Source of the DNA: Octopus sinensis
Lineage: Eukaryota
Direction of reading: 5' to 3'
DNA length: 64,000 bases
Assembly: GCF_006345805.1 (NCBI RefSeq)
Contig: NC_042998.1
Coordinates: 60,760,001 to 60,824,000 of the forward strand
A program made the translations under genes and the position numbers. The notes beneath the pieces were generated by a model, which made no database searches, was not told the DNA's origin, and saw only the letters and a program-made list of their open reading frames with translations. Shown in pieces: positions 10,213 through 23,702 of the stretch. How positions within the stretch are numbered: position 1 is the first letter of the stretch; every line of letters starts with the position of its first letter.

Positions 10213-11277
10213 CTATACACACACACACACACACACTTGTTTCAGTTATTAGACTGCAGCCATGCTGGGACACCACCTTGAATAAATATATATATTTATG
10301 GTTCGTGGTTGGGATGCTTTTGCTGCAGTCTACCACTCCTCTGCTGCTACTTTCACCGAGCCTCTCCATCTGGGATGTTTTTACTACTTTCATTCTGTGC
10401 TTCCCAACCTCTATGATCTCTTCTCTCCAGCCTCTCCATATCTCACTCTATTCCCCTTTCAGTGAATCTCTCCAGATTCTCACCACCCTCTGTCATGTTC
10501 CTTTCTCTGTCACATTTTCATTCTTTATTCATTCTAGCAATGTGGAATAGCTCCTGACACAACCCACCTTATCATTTGGTTGTTCTCACTAATCCCTGAT
10601 GTTAATCCATTTTCCCTTACTCCTTCCATACTCCTCCAATAGTGTCTGTTCTGTTATTCTCTTCATTACTACTCTTTCCCAACTATCTAATCCCTTCATC
10701 ATACTTTACCCTCTCTTTTGTCTCCTTTTCTAGAGTCCTTTCACGCTTTCTTCTATTCTCCTTTAGGCTATTCTTGCAAGGTGCAAAGCAACTTCACTAG
10801 TGTTGGTGCCTCTGTACTGTGGTTAGCATTAGGAAGGGCATCCAACCATACAAACCATACCAGAACAGACATTAGAGCATGATACTTCTACCAACGCATT
10901 GGATTCAATCAAATGACTGAATCCATGCCAGTCTGGAAAATGGATGTTAAATGATGAGGTTAATGATATCTGCTTATATGTATAGTCATTGTCTTTTAAT
11001 GTCCATCTTTCATGCTGTTACGGTTGGGCAGTTTGACAAGATCCAGTGGTCTGAGAACTGCTTGGTGTTCCAGTGTCTGCTTTAGCATTGTTTTTACAGC
11101 TGGGTGAGCCTCTCAGAGATGACAAGAGACCAAGACCTGCTGTGCTTGAGATCATATGTCAAGCTAAGTAAAGTTATGGCCATCCACACATACACAAATG
11201 TCCTTCATAAACCTACCCCCATCTCACATGCACAGGCATTATCTGACCTTTGTTAAAACTCCCCCATCTCCCCAATA

Positions 11278-11545
11278 TATGCTGCATGCCCCTCCTCCCA
11301 GTCTCCTTCATGTGTCCCTCCCACTGCATGCCCCTCCCCTAGTCTCCTTCATGGGTCCCTCCCACTGCAGGCCCCTCCAGTCTCCCTCATATGTCCCTCC
11401 CACTGCAGGCCCCTCCTTGCCACTCTCCCTTATGTGTCCCACCCACTGCAGGCCCCTCCCCTCTTCTCTCCTTCATGTGTTCCACCCACTGCAAGCCCTT
11501 CCCTTCCACTCTTCCTCATGCTCCTCTCCTACTGCAGGGTCCTCA
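11278..11545. repeat. Degenerate C-rich minisatellite, ~7 x 38-43 bp
   Basis: CTGCA anchors at 11282, 11324, 11365, 11403, 11446, 11489, 11532. Consensus approx CTCCTTCATGTGTCCCTCCCACTGCAGGCCCCTCC. Confidence 0.8.
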
Positions 11546-11944
11546 ACTTTCTTGTGCCTATCCACACACCCTCCATGTCCTCACATATTTTCCTTACCCC
11601 ACCTCTCAGCCTCTCCAATTTTCCTCACCATTATTTGCTACAGTTATGTCTTCCCCATCTCTAAACATATCCCCTAACTCTTATGGAGCATTCCCCTCTA
11701 TTCCCTCTGTAGTACTTATACTCCCACATCCACTGTTCACTGTGGATAGGCCTCAATACATCTCCAACACCATCTATTTCTCTCTCTCTATCTTTCTCTC
11801 TAACTTTCTACCACCTTCCTTCTTTGTCCTACTGGGTTAGCCAAGTATCTCCTCTATAGTAAGACAACTATCTCTGTCCCTCTATCATATTTTAACCTCT
11901 CACTCGGCAGACTGTCACTTCCTTTGATTTCACCCCCTTTCACA

Positions 11945-12195
11945 ACTGAGAGGTTTTTGTCTTGCAAGTTACTTGGCAACCCTGCTGGTGCCACGTAATA
12001 AGCATCTGTGCTGGTTCCTTGTAAAAAGCATCCAGTACATTCTAAAGTAGTTGGTATTAAGAAGAGCATCCAGCCATAGACACCATGCCAAACAGATAAT
12101 TGGAACCTGGTGCAGTTTACCGGTCCCTGTCAAACCATCCAACCCATGCCAGCATGGAAAACAGATATTAAATGATGATGATGTTGATGATGATA
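11945..12195 (+). mobile_element. RTE 3' tail repeat
   Basis: Same family end with (GAT)n tail into (TA)n. Confidence 0.65.
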
Positions 12196-13049
12196 TATAT
12201 ATATATATATATATATATGTATACACTCAAACAAACATACATCCAAACAAACAAGCAAACATTCAAACATTCATTTGAAGTATCACTCAGTTCCTTTCAG
12301 TAGAGAAACTTTTTTTTATATCATTTATAAGAAAAGAAGTTTCATTTGCATAGCCTTCATCAACCAGCTGTCTTGAGTCTACATAACCAAAGCTTCAAAA
12401 CAACAATCAACATTTTCCTTGTGTATGTCTGCACATATTGCACACTGGCTAAAACTGAGTGCATCAAATGAACATACTTTTTATTTTCGATTCATCTTAA
12501 CTGCTTCTCTTTACACTTGGTTGACTCTGCTTTCTATCCTTCAATAAGTACCTGACAAAATACTGAGTTTAACTATATGCTTATAAATGTTCTGCTCCAT
12601 CGTGGTTGCTGTGTAATGATTGAATCCAGTTACAGGTTTCCATTATGACTACAATAATAGCCTTCTCCATTTTACAAGCTTTAATCTCATTCTCTTGAAA
12701 TATTTACCAACTTTGACATACCTCTTTCCATTACAATTGCTAGGTCTTTCTTAGCACCATTGGTTCCTACATCCCACTACACTCTTTAATTCCTCCCTTT
12801 TGTACACATTACCTGTTCCTCTCTGATTGCTGATCGACTATAATTCGAATGAAACATTAAACACATCCCATTATTAACCACGTAATTATATAAATTGTGT
12901 AGAGCTATCTATTGACACTGCCCATCTGCTCCAGGCATGTAATTAAAAACACACCCAGTTAATGTTAACTGTAAAAGCAATCTTTGCGAAAAGTAATGAG
13001 AATGTCAGCATGGAAATAATATTGTTACACACACACACACATATATATA

Positions 13050-13348
13050 GTGAAGGTGTGTGGCTTACTGGTTAGGGTAATTGGCTCACAACCATAAGGC
13101 CATGAGTTTGATTCCCAGTGGCACATTGTGTCCTTAGGCAAGACACTTTATTTCACATTGCTCCAGTCCACTCAGCTGGCAAAAATGAGTTGTACCTGTA
13201 TTTCAGAGGGCCAGCCTTGTCACATGCTGCATCACGCTGAACCTCCATAAGAACAATATTAAGGATACATGTGTCTCTGGAGTACACAACAATTTTATGA
13301 GCAGGCTGATCAACTGAAACCTTCATTGTCACAACCAACGGAGTGCCA
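13050..13348 (+). mobile_element. tRNA-derived SINE with CORE-like domain
   Basis: A box TGGCTTACTGGT and B box GAGTTTGATTCCC, then TGTGTCCTTAGGCAAGACACTT resembling the CORE domain; inserted in TA repeat. Confidence 0.7.
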
Positions 13349-13475
13349 GTCATATATATATATATATATATATATATAGGTGCAAGTAGCTGTGTGGGTT
13401 CAGTCCCACTGTAGCAACGTGGACAAGTGTCAAAGCCTTGTGAGTGGACTTAGTGAACAAAAACTGGACGAAGCC

Positions 13476-13511
<36 letters not shown>

Positions 13512-14078
13512 TGTCTCTCCTTGTCTTGACATCACGTGATTGTTGTAAATGAGCATCATCATCATACAAGCAATATCGTTCATTTCCAATCTTCTGTGAA
13601 AATATGTCTGGCCACAGGGAAATCTTACCTTGCTTGGAAACAGCTCATGGTTGGCAATAGGAAGGGCATCTGGCACTAGAAAATTTGCCTCACCAAACTC
13701 TATCTGTCCCAGGGAAGAGTGGATGATAAAAGGATGATGATGGCAATATATTTTTGCACTATTTTAAATAATAATTTGAAAGTAATCTCATCATATATCC
13801 ATTACTTTTGACTATTTTTTATCCTATGTGATGGACATCTGTACTATGCTGTCTTCGTTATATAATGTTAAATGGTTAAAAACAAAAAAGTTAGAAATGC
13901 ATTAATAGCAGTATTCAGAGATATTATTTTCTGGGGTAATGGATTTAGCTTCTAATTATCTAATATCAACTAAGGCTGTGTAACGTGTTGGTATTTCATA
14001 TGGCTATTTAACTTGTAAGAGTAAATCAACAGCCTTATATGAACACTGTGTGTGTTCATATATATATATATATATATA

Positions 14079-14109
<31 letters not shown>

Positions 14110-14544
14110 TGGTAGCTATTGTTTAGCCTCAGTTGTCCCTAATCAGCCAAATCTTTCTTAAATCATACCCTAATGTCCTTAAGATAATATATATTGGATA
14201 ATATAGATCTATATATTCTTTAAAAAAAAAGATTTTCCTGCCTGGAATAACTTTGAACTAGTTTTACTCAATCAGCTGATCTGCGGACTAAGCACATGCT
14301 CTGTCAAGGCCAGTGAAGAACCACCAAAAAGCAGCAGTCAAATCTCCCCACTTCTTGTATTATTTTACTGACTTAAAGACACATATAAGTCTGAAATACA
14401 TTATTAGGGAAAAAGAAAGATCAGTTGATCCCTGAACAAAGGTTTACTTTTTAGAGTTAACCTAGGACTAAACAACATTGTTATACTGATTTACATCTCT
14501 ATATGTTAAAAAAAAAGAAGTTCTTGAGTCATGCTGACACTTAA

Positions 14545-14758
14545 GGACCAGTTTCCCCGGTTTCCATAGCATATAAATTCCCCACTTGGACAGGACGCTG
14601 ATCTGTCACAGAATTGCTAATTTCTGCCAGCTGAATGGACTGAGTAGAGAACGAAATGAAGTGTTTTGCTCAAGAACACATGTCACCCAGTCCAGGAATT
14701 GAAACCACAATCTTACGATCAAGAGTTCAATACCCTAACTACTAAGCCATGTACCTCC
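14545..14758 (-). mobile_element. tRNA-derived SINE with CORE-like domain
   Basis: Minus strand GGAGGTACATGGCTTAGTAGTTAGGG...GGTTTCAATTCC...TGTGTTCTTGAGCAAAACACTT. Confidence 0.6.
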
Positions 14759-17700
14759 AAATCTCTATATGAAGAAAGATTCAGTTGAGGAACTGATCTA
14801 AATCCCATTTCAGAAGGGAGCAAAGTCGTTACACTAAGACATTGAACTACTGACTATAAGGGCAGTAGTTCAAATCCTGTTACTGCTGCATGGTTTTTTT
14901 TACTGGCAAAACAATACTCTGCTGGCTTCAGATTACTTTTCTTCATTTTGAAAACAATGTATTCTGGTTCCCTATCGAAGCCAGCTTTAAATTGGTACCT
15001 ATGACTTTTTAAGGGTTTGGGACTCAGTAGATTATTCAAGGCAGTGAGGTGAATTGAGTTGTCACAGTATTTGTTCTAGTTCCCTGTGCTCTGAGTTCAA
15101 ATAGTATTAACGTAAACTTGTTTTCATCCTTTCAAGGGTTGGTAAAGTGATATATTGCCACTTCTGTTTCAGAGTTGATTCTTCTCTTTCTATTGCTCTT
15201 TCTGTCTATTTGTCCGTCCCTCTGGAAGAAATCAATTACAGTCAAATCTGGGAAGGGATGAGCTCCTTCTGGTCTAAAAGGTACCCCCCAATCATGCTGC
15301 ATGTCATGACAGTACTTTTACAACTTTATCAGGAGTTGTCTAAAGCAAAATGCTGTCCAAGGCCTGCTTCATAATGATGTTTGTAGGTACAATCTACTTA
15401 TGGTGTTATCATCAGAAGCAAGGCTACTGTGAATAAAATTCATCCCAGTCCTCTATTACTACTATTATGTTTGAGAAGTAAAAACCATTAAAAATGTTTA
15501 TGTTGACAGACTTTTAAATCCTGAAATAATCAGCTAATTGTGATTGATTTGGTTAGTATTGATGAGATAATGGTAGTTAACAACAGGGCTGACATCTGGC
15601 TACACAAACGTTTTCTCCAGAAATTTATAAATTTATGATTTAATAGAACAAGCATGTGTGAGTATACACTACCAACATCATCACTATTACCAATTTCACC
15701 ATCTCAATCACCACCACCACCTTCATAAACACTACAGCTGTTATCACCACCTTTGCCACTTTAGTAGCCAGATTCCATGTTGGAATGGGTTAAGTAAATA
15801 TATGGAAGGTTACATTTGACTTTGTTTCTGTCAGATATCATTTCAGATTTACTTTCAAACTGTTTATATCCCAAACTTCCCTTGCTCTCTTTTCACTTGA
15901 GTAACTCCCTACTTCCATGTTGTTGCTCATATTTTTCTTTTCATATCCAGATGTATGTTATTAGAAATGTCCTTCATTTTTTTTTAAGACTATAGGGTGT
16001 GACTGAATAAAGATTTGGATGCTATTTCTATCACTCATTATATATGTGACCCTGTTTTGCTCCGAATCTTTTTGTTCACTGCATCAAAATTTAAAATAAC
16101 TATCTGCTATGTCAGCTTTGCAAATATGAAAGAAATCCACTATGCACAAATGCTTTTTTTTTTGTTTGTTTCTTCATTCCTGTTTCATCAATAATTCACC
16201 AGTCATTAGATACATAAACAAAGCCTAAGTAAAAATTCTAAATGAGGTTTAGTAATTTGGTAGCAGTGAGTGATAGAAGTTAATTGTTATGTAGAGTATA
16301 AATAAATTTTCTTAGCACCTAAGCATCCAATGCCAAAACAGGTTTTGCACTGAATCCGTAGTTCTAATTAAAGACAAATCTTGTCCCTAATCCTACCAAC
16401 ATTTTATCATAGGTTTTAAATAATTTGGTACCCATTCCCAGCAGTTATGTGGACTGAGGTTTTAAGTGTAGTGTTCAAATTCTCACTGAAACTCTACAGT
16501 GAGTTTGAACTCAAGACTTTTTTAGGTGATGGTCAAATACACTTGTTATTTTACTTTAACACTAGATTGACTTTCTCCCATCTCTCATGTATATGAAGTT
16601 TTTGATGATGTTGCTCAATCTAGTAGGTTATAGACTTATTACAGGAACTAAATTTGTTCAAGGATATAATTTAATTCCTATCAGCATACTTTATTAAATA
16701 TGTTAATGTTTGTGGTTGAAAAGTTTGCTTCACAAATATGTGGTCCCTGGTTCAGTGATACTACATAGCATCTAGGGCAGGTGTCTTCCACCATAGCCCT
16801 ATGAGTGGATTTGGTAGGCAGAAACTGGAAAGAGGCCTGATATACACATATACACACACACACTAATAATAATAATAATAATAATCCTTGGGTGGAATTT
16901 ATAAATATCTTAATGCATTATTATTACTATATTTATCCTATATTATATCAGTACAGCTTGGTGCAACCCCCAAAAAACTGGTTCACCAGTCAGCATCATT
17001 AGATTGTAGCCAACATAATGGAATAGTTTTACTTGCATATTCAAGACATTTCCCATAAACAAACTTAAAAGATGTGTGAGTGCACATGTTAGTGTGTACC
17101 CATGTCTTGACATCACTGTTGCACAAGGAATGTTCATTTATAGTCTTCTTTGGAAAACCTTTCTGATGATGGGGAAATATTATCTTGGTTGGAAACAGGT
17201 GAGGTTTGGTGACAGGAAGGGCAGCTGGCTGTAGAAAATCTGCCTCAACAAATTTTCTGAACCATGGAACAGTGAATATGAAATTATGATGAAAATGCTG
17301 CTGCTGATTTTTTTTTTTTCCCCCTCATTCAGGATTTCTTTTTCACTCCTCACTTCTGTCTCTACTCAACTGTTCTTCAGTTCTGTCTCCTAACACATTC
17401 AAAACTACTACATTTGGATTTTGAATAGAAAATTCTTTCTTCAGAAAGATCCACTGTAATAGTTTGCTAAAAACAAACAGACTTCCAGCATAGTTAAGTA
17501 CTGAAGATATTCAGGCAAGAAAACTAGTTCAAAACCGGAAATTTAAAAGGAGCTTAGCAGTTATCTTTCCAGTTAATGTGGGGCGCATCTTTTTAAATGC
17601 CAAATATCTTTGGTATGGTAGAATGTGTGACGAATAAAGCTAATTAGATATTGATTTGTTACATAGACAATGTCTTCTGAACTTCAATTTTTAAATCAAA

Positions 17701-18288
17701 ACCAGGTCACAAATTCACTCAGCTTTCCTGCACCTGTCACAAACTGATTTATATTGATTTTTTTTTATATAGAATTGGCACATGGTTTTAGAAGAAATAA
17801 AGGAATTGAAGTTGTGTTGTTCATGGCTTTCACAATGTCATTACAGCAACTTCAGTGAAATGGCTAAAACTGAGAACCAAAACAGTCACGCATCCAATCT
17901 ATCTTCATAATGATGCTTGTTGCTGGCTGATTAAAAATTTCCAGTTTTAGTAAGCCATTCAAGATAAATTAGTTGTCAGTGAATAAAGCCTGAAACTCTA
18001 TAGATAGATGACCATTCTTGTTAACTAATTGTATTATTCACAACTTCAATTGCTTACAGTGCAATGAAGCAGACATTTGTGATATTTCTTACGCAGTGTT
18101 TCTATAGCCATGCTATGGAGATAATGATAATCTTTGGAAATCATTTATAATTAAAAATAACTACTTAAAAGCTGATTTTTGTCATAATTGTTGTTTCAAT
18201 GACCATTTGTCAGTTCTGTGGTGGGGATTCAAATATGTAATATAATGAGTTGAGAGACTTTGATCATCTATGATTTTCCAAGTGGGGC

Positions 18289-18776
<488 letters not shown>

Positions 18777-19342
18777 AAATGAAAATTTTATATTACTCAA
18801 TGTATGAAACAAGGGCTGACTAAAAGTCTAAAAATTAGCATGGGTGTTTAGGACAAACTTAGGGAAATTCATAAGTTTGTCCCAAAACATTTGCATGAAT
18901 AGGCAAAGGGTTAAAAGGCAATAATTCCTGTTAGTCTTACCGAGTAGAGTAGGGTGTAATAAGACTGAAGTATGTCTGTTGCTTTCACCAGTTGATTTCA
19001 GAGACCAGATCCACTCTAGTCTTCATTGTGCCAAAACAATTATATCTCAAAGCTCTGAGATAATGCACAATAAATTCAAAACAATGTGAATAAATAAACA
19101 TTACATTTGACGGAGTAATCTGAATGCTAAAGAGTTAAACACTCAAAAGGGAGACTTTTGTCTGTTAATTGTTTTGGTAATCTCAGTTGCTCATAGTTTT
19201 TCAACGCACTCAATGTGAGATCCTATGTGCATACTTCAACTCAGAATGTATAAACAGCCAGAAGAAATGTCAATAAGTTTTTGTCTAGCATGTTTACAAT
19301 CCAACCAGCTTGCCACCTTAGTAATTATGGTAATAATTATTT

Positions 19343-19390
19343 ACATTTACATAATGTACATAATTCCTCATTTCTTAAATATAGAACTGA
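19343..19390 (+). mobile_element. Extreme 3' tip of the Poseidon-type PLE family
   Basis: ATAATGTACATAATTCCTCATTTCTTAAATATAGAACTGA matches the ends at 21270-21311 and 36621-36659 (minus). Confidence 0.55.
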
Positions 19391-20068
19391 ATGCTAATAA
19401 TTGTTTTAACATCCACTTGTTTTCTTTTCCTTCTTTGCATCAGTCAGACAAAATTTATGGAGGCATATTTTCATGAAGGGCATCCAACTGTTGTTAGATT
19501 CCCTTCCTATCAACATCACCTGTTTCCAAGTAAGGTAATATTGCCCTAAGGTCGCATGTGTTTTCACAGAAAATTGGAAACAAAGGATTGTATAAGGACA
19601 GCATAATTTATAACTATCACATGATGTCAGACAAAAACAACAATAATAATGACAAAAAGAAGGTTTCTAATTTTGGAGGTGTGGGGTCAATCAATTACAT
19701 TAATTCCAGCACTTGATTGACACTTTACTTTATTGACCCCAGGCAAAGTCAACTTTGGCAGAATGTAAAGAACTAGAAAAAATGTTGCAAAGCATTTTGT
19801 CTGATGCATTGGAGATTCTGCCAACTCACAACCTTTTATAAGAATGCCGATGATATGATAGCAAATTGAACTTTTGTTTTAGTGTTAAGTGTAACACAGG
19901 CTGAAATAATTAGTTTCTAGTCTACACAAAATTAGTATTTTGGGGGTGGGGATGAATTATATTGCTTCAAGTAAAAATGTTGTTTGCCATGATATTTAAG
20001 ATATAATTTTATTTTTCAAATAAAATTATATCTTAAATATTTTAAATTCGAAATCATGAATAAAAGAC

Positions 20069-20450
20069 TTTTACTCTTTTACCTGTTTCAGTCATTTGAC
20101 TGTGGCCATGTTGGAGCACCACCTTTAGTTGAGCAAATCGACCCCAGGACTTATTCTTTGTAAGCCTAGTACTTATTCTATTGGTCTCTTCTGCTGAACT
20201 GCTAAGTTACGGGGATGTATACACATACCAGCATCGGTTGTCAAGTGGTGTTGGGGGGACAAACACAGACACAAACATATATATACGACGGGCTTCTTTC
20301 AGTTTCTGTCTACCAAATCCACTCACAAGGCTTTGGTTGGCCCGAGGCTATAGTAGAAGACACTTGCCCAAGGTGCCACGCAGTGGGACTGAACCCAGAA
20401 CCATGTGGTTCGTAAGCAAGCTACTTACCACACAGCCACTCCTATGCCTG
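20069..20450 (-). mobile_element. SINE family A, full length
   Basis: tRNA-like head, central GTCTTCTACTATAGCC...GAAAGAAGCCCGTCGTA block, 3' (AAAGAGT)-type tail. Confidence 0.85.
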
Positions 20451-20677
20451 TGAATTTTAATTTCATGTAGGTTCAGACTGTTTGGTAAAGAAATTTGATT
20501 CTTAGCCACATAGTTTCAGGTTCAGTTCCACTGTGTGGCACCTTGGACGAATTACTTTTCCTATAATTTCGGGCCAACCAAAGCCTTGTGAGTGGAACTG
20601 GTAGACAGAAACTGAAAGAAGCCCATCATGTTTATATGTGTATGTGCACATGTGTTGTTGCATGTGTGTATGCATAT

Positions 20678-20866
20678 ACAAGGGGGTGCTGAACAGTTCC
20701 TGCCTTTAGGTAAAAAAAACCCAAAAAACAGGATCAGTTATGATTTTATTTAACATATTCCTGTCTCGGATTTACACACTTACTGCAGCAGTCCTTCAGT
20801 TTTTCTAAGCCCTGTAAAAGCTTTTTTGCAACACCCTTAAAGCCAGGAACTGTTCAACATCCCTGT
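20678..20866 (-). mobile_element. mariner-derived MITE
   Basis: TIRs ACAAGGGGGTGCTGAACAGTTCCTG and CCAGGAACTGTTCAACATCCCTGT. The interior is the minus-strand C-terminal mariner coding remnant; same family as 25652-25874. Confidence 0.65.
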
Positions 20867-21098
20867 GGGATGCAGTTAAAATAATAGACAGAGAACACCA
20901 CTGGAAAATACAAAAACTAAAAGAAGCAGCATGTATGCTAGGACACAACAACCTCCTAAGCAGACTGAGTGCAGATATGAGTAGCATATGGGAACTGGTA
21001 TTAAGGAAGGATAGGAAAATATTAGATTTATAAGCCCTAAAATTCACTCCATAATTGCCCACAGGCCCCAAGATTCCGAGTTTGATTCCAAGCAGTGA

Positions 21099-21136
<38 letters not shown>

Positions 21137-21311
21137 GCGAAAAATACCTTAGGAATGAGAACCCAGGTTCAAAATTTCCCCAAGACACCTGATGAAGGCT
21201 TGGAGGGTATATCAGCTGAAATGTTGTGTTAAAAACAAACAAGATGAAGACAAATATCTGTCAAATGTAAATAATGTACATAATTCCTCATCTATTAAAT
21301 ATAGAATTGAA
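20861..21311 (+). mobile_element. 5'-truncated PLE 3' fragment (GIY-YIG C-terminus + pseudo-LTR)
   Basis: Co-linear with 36621-37069 (minus). Encodes ...KIQKLKEAACMLGHNNLLSRLSADMSSIWELVLRKDRKILDL*; contains (AAT)n and an HHR. Confidence 0.8.
21184..21230 (+). ncRNA. Minimal type I hammerhead ribozyme, CpG-decayed
   Basis: GACAC-CUGAUGA-A-GGCU(U)G-GAGGGUAUAU-CAGCU-GAAA-UGU-U-GUGUU; inferred ancestor ...CAGCC-GAAAC-GUU. Confidence 0.7.
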
Positions 21312-21859
21312 TGATAGTGATGTGTTTTTTTAATTTGTTATAGACATTTAATCATTCATCTCGGTTTCATCGATGCATAGTCTAATACATAATAGGTTGT
21401 GTCAGCTTGGTGTCTGTCTTTGTTGTTATTGAAATGGTAGTGATATTACTTTATGGTCCTCCAGACATTTAGTCTAATATTAAACACATGGCATATATAA
21501 TCATCATCATTCTTAATAGCATTAATCTTTTTGATGGAACACATGAAAGATGAGTGATATCTTCCACACTCTAATATAAATCAATAAAAGAATATATATA
21601 TTGTCTGGATTATAAACATAAAGGTCAAGAAAATCAGAGAAGAGGTGGGAATAAGGACTTATAGGAAACTGAGTAGAAAAACTTTGAAAAGAGAGACGGG
21701 ATAGAAATGGATGACTTAAATTATATCTTTAGATGAGGCTGACACTGTAAACAGAGCTAATGAGTTATATATTTGTAATGTAGTCCCTACCAAGGTCACA
21801 TTTTCTCATTTATAGAAAATATTGCAGGATTCTTCCAATCCAAGATATATTATTGTTAT

Positions 21860-23702
21860 AGTTGGAATTTACAGAAAAACAAAAGATGAAGACAGGTGTA
21901 AAAACAAGAAACAGGTGTACTAGTTTAATGCTCTGGAAGGTGAACAAGTCTTTTACATTTCAAGCCTACACTCTTCAACAGAGGGGAACATGAGAAAATA
22001 AACAGAATAAAAAAAGCTTTAGTGGCTAGTGGTCAGTCATGGCAGTTGGCTGGACAGAGGTGGTTAGACAGGAGTGCTAGGAAGAAGGGGAGATAATAAA
22101 GTATTGGTGAGCCCAAAATGAAGGTGCACATGCATGTGGATAGGGGCTGGTGACCTTGACAGGTGGATGTGTGCGTTTATAATGTGTAGGTGTGGATGAT
22201 GGTGTGGGTTTTGGGAAGTGGTCAGTACTAGTGTGTGCAGGGTGGTGTGGTGTGGTGTGGGTACTGGGAAGTGGTCATTGTTAGTGTGTGTGGGGTGGGG
22301 CAGGGGTGGTGTGGTGGGGTTTGGATGTGTTGGGATGAGTAGGAGTGGGGTGTGGATGGAGGGGGGTATTGATGACGGGAGAAGGTGGGTAGGAATGAAG
22401 AGCGGTAGTAGGTGTCAGGGCAAGAGAGGAGTGAAGAGAGGAAGTAGATGTGAGAGGTGAGAGATTTAGATGAAGAGGGGAGGGGAGTTGAGTCCATGTG
22501 GCGTGAAAGAGAGAAGATTAATTCCTGTTTACGGCAAAGGTGGGAGTCCAGATAGCCCCTGTGCAAAGACAATCCAAGCCCAGACAGGTGTTGTAATGAA
22601 TGACCAGTAGAGCAGAAATGGCGTGAGACCAGGGTGTCATTACTGAGTCTAATGTCTCAGAGGTGTTCCGCGAACCAGTCAGCCAAGCAGTGTTCTGTTT
22701 GATGTGCAGAGAAGGACAGAAATAGCAGGAGATGCAGTAAATGATGTTGCTAGAAGTGCGTGTAAAGGAGTCAGTGATATGAAAGGGACGACGATGGGTG
22801 CCTGTGAAGATGGTGGTGTTGGAGAGGTATGGGCAAGTGCGGTAGCGTGAGTGGGAGGAGGGGAACAAGCCAGGTTGGGAGGTAGGGTTAGGGAAGAAAC
22901 TGTGGACCAGGAGGTCATGTAGGTTGTGGGCTCGTTTGAAGGAGGGGAGGGGTAGGTTGGAGACGATGTGCGAAGTGGAGGGGTTGGACTGGAATCACCG
23001 GAAGGTTTGGAGAATGGAGATTTGGAGAGGCAGGGTGAAGGTGTGGTAGGTGAGGGGAAACAGGAACTGGTAATGGCAGGGCAGGTGCAGAAAGCAGAGG
23101 CATGGTCCATGGAATGTGCTCTGGCAAGGGTGGTGTGGATAGTGATGAAGAGATATCCATGAAGTTTGAAGTAGTGACCCATGAGTTGACACTGAGTCTC
23201 AAAGTCATGGTTGTCACTGCAGAGTCTGCGCAGACGGAGGAATTGGGAGTAGGGGATGGAGAGCTTGGTGTGAGTCAGTGTATTAGTAGTGCATGGAGGT
23301 GGTGAGAGTGGAGTAGTGTATGTTGACCAAAATGTCGAGAAAGGCGACAGAAGTGTTGAAAATAGGGCAGGAGAATTCAAGGGCAGAATGGAAAGATGGG
23401 ACAAAAGAGAGGAAGTAGTCTAGTTGTTTGTGGGAGAGCGAAATCACACTGATACAGTCATCAATATAACGCCCGTATAGTTCAGGAGTGGGACCAGTGA
23501 ATCTTAAAAATATTTGGGCCTCAGTATAGCCAATAAACAGGTTTGCATAGTTGGGGCCCATTCCCGTTCCCATGGTCACTCTCGAGACCTGTTGGTAAAA
23601 CGCCCCTGCAAATGAGAAGCAGTTGAGGGAGAGAACAAGTTTAGCCAGACGAAGAAGTGTGGATGTGGTTAATACTTGGACATGGTCATAATTTGCCAAT
23701 TA
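21860..23702 (-). mobile_element. Degenerate Penelope-like element (Neptune-type), RT + GIY-YIG + 3' pseudo-LTR
   Basis: ORF 23283-23699 has MGTGMGPNYANLF and YGRYIDDC. Downstream frames give HTKLSIPYSQFLRLRRLCSD and FTxTSSNIIYCISCxxCPSL (GIY-YIG with Cys linker). Multiple frameshifts. Confidence 0.85.
21948..21983 (-). ncRNA. Possible variant minimal hammerhead remnant in the PLE pseudo-LTR
   Basis: CUCUG-UUGAAGA-GUGUAGGCUU-GAAA-UGUA-AAAGAC. Position fits a PLE HHR, but C3 is U and stem I pairing is poor. Confidence 0.4.

Noticed and set aside
17493-17535. CUGAAGA...GAAA-ACUAGUU-C hammerhead look-alike
   Set aside because: No stem I pairing and only 1 bp of stem II; likely chance.
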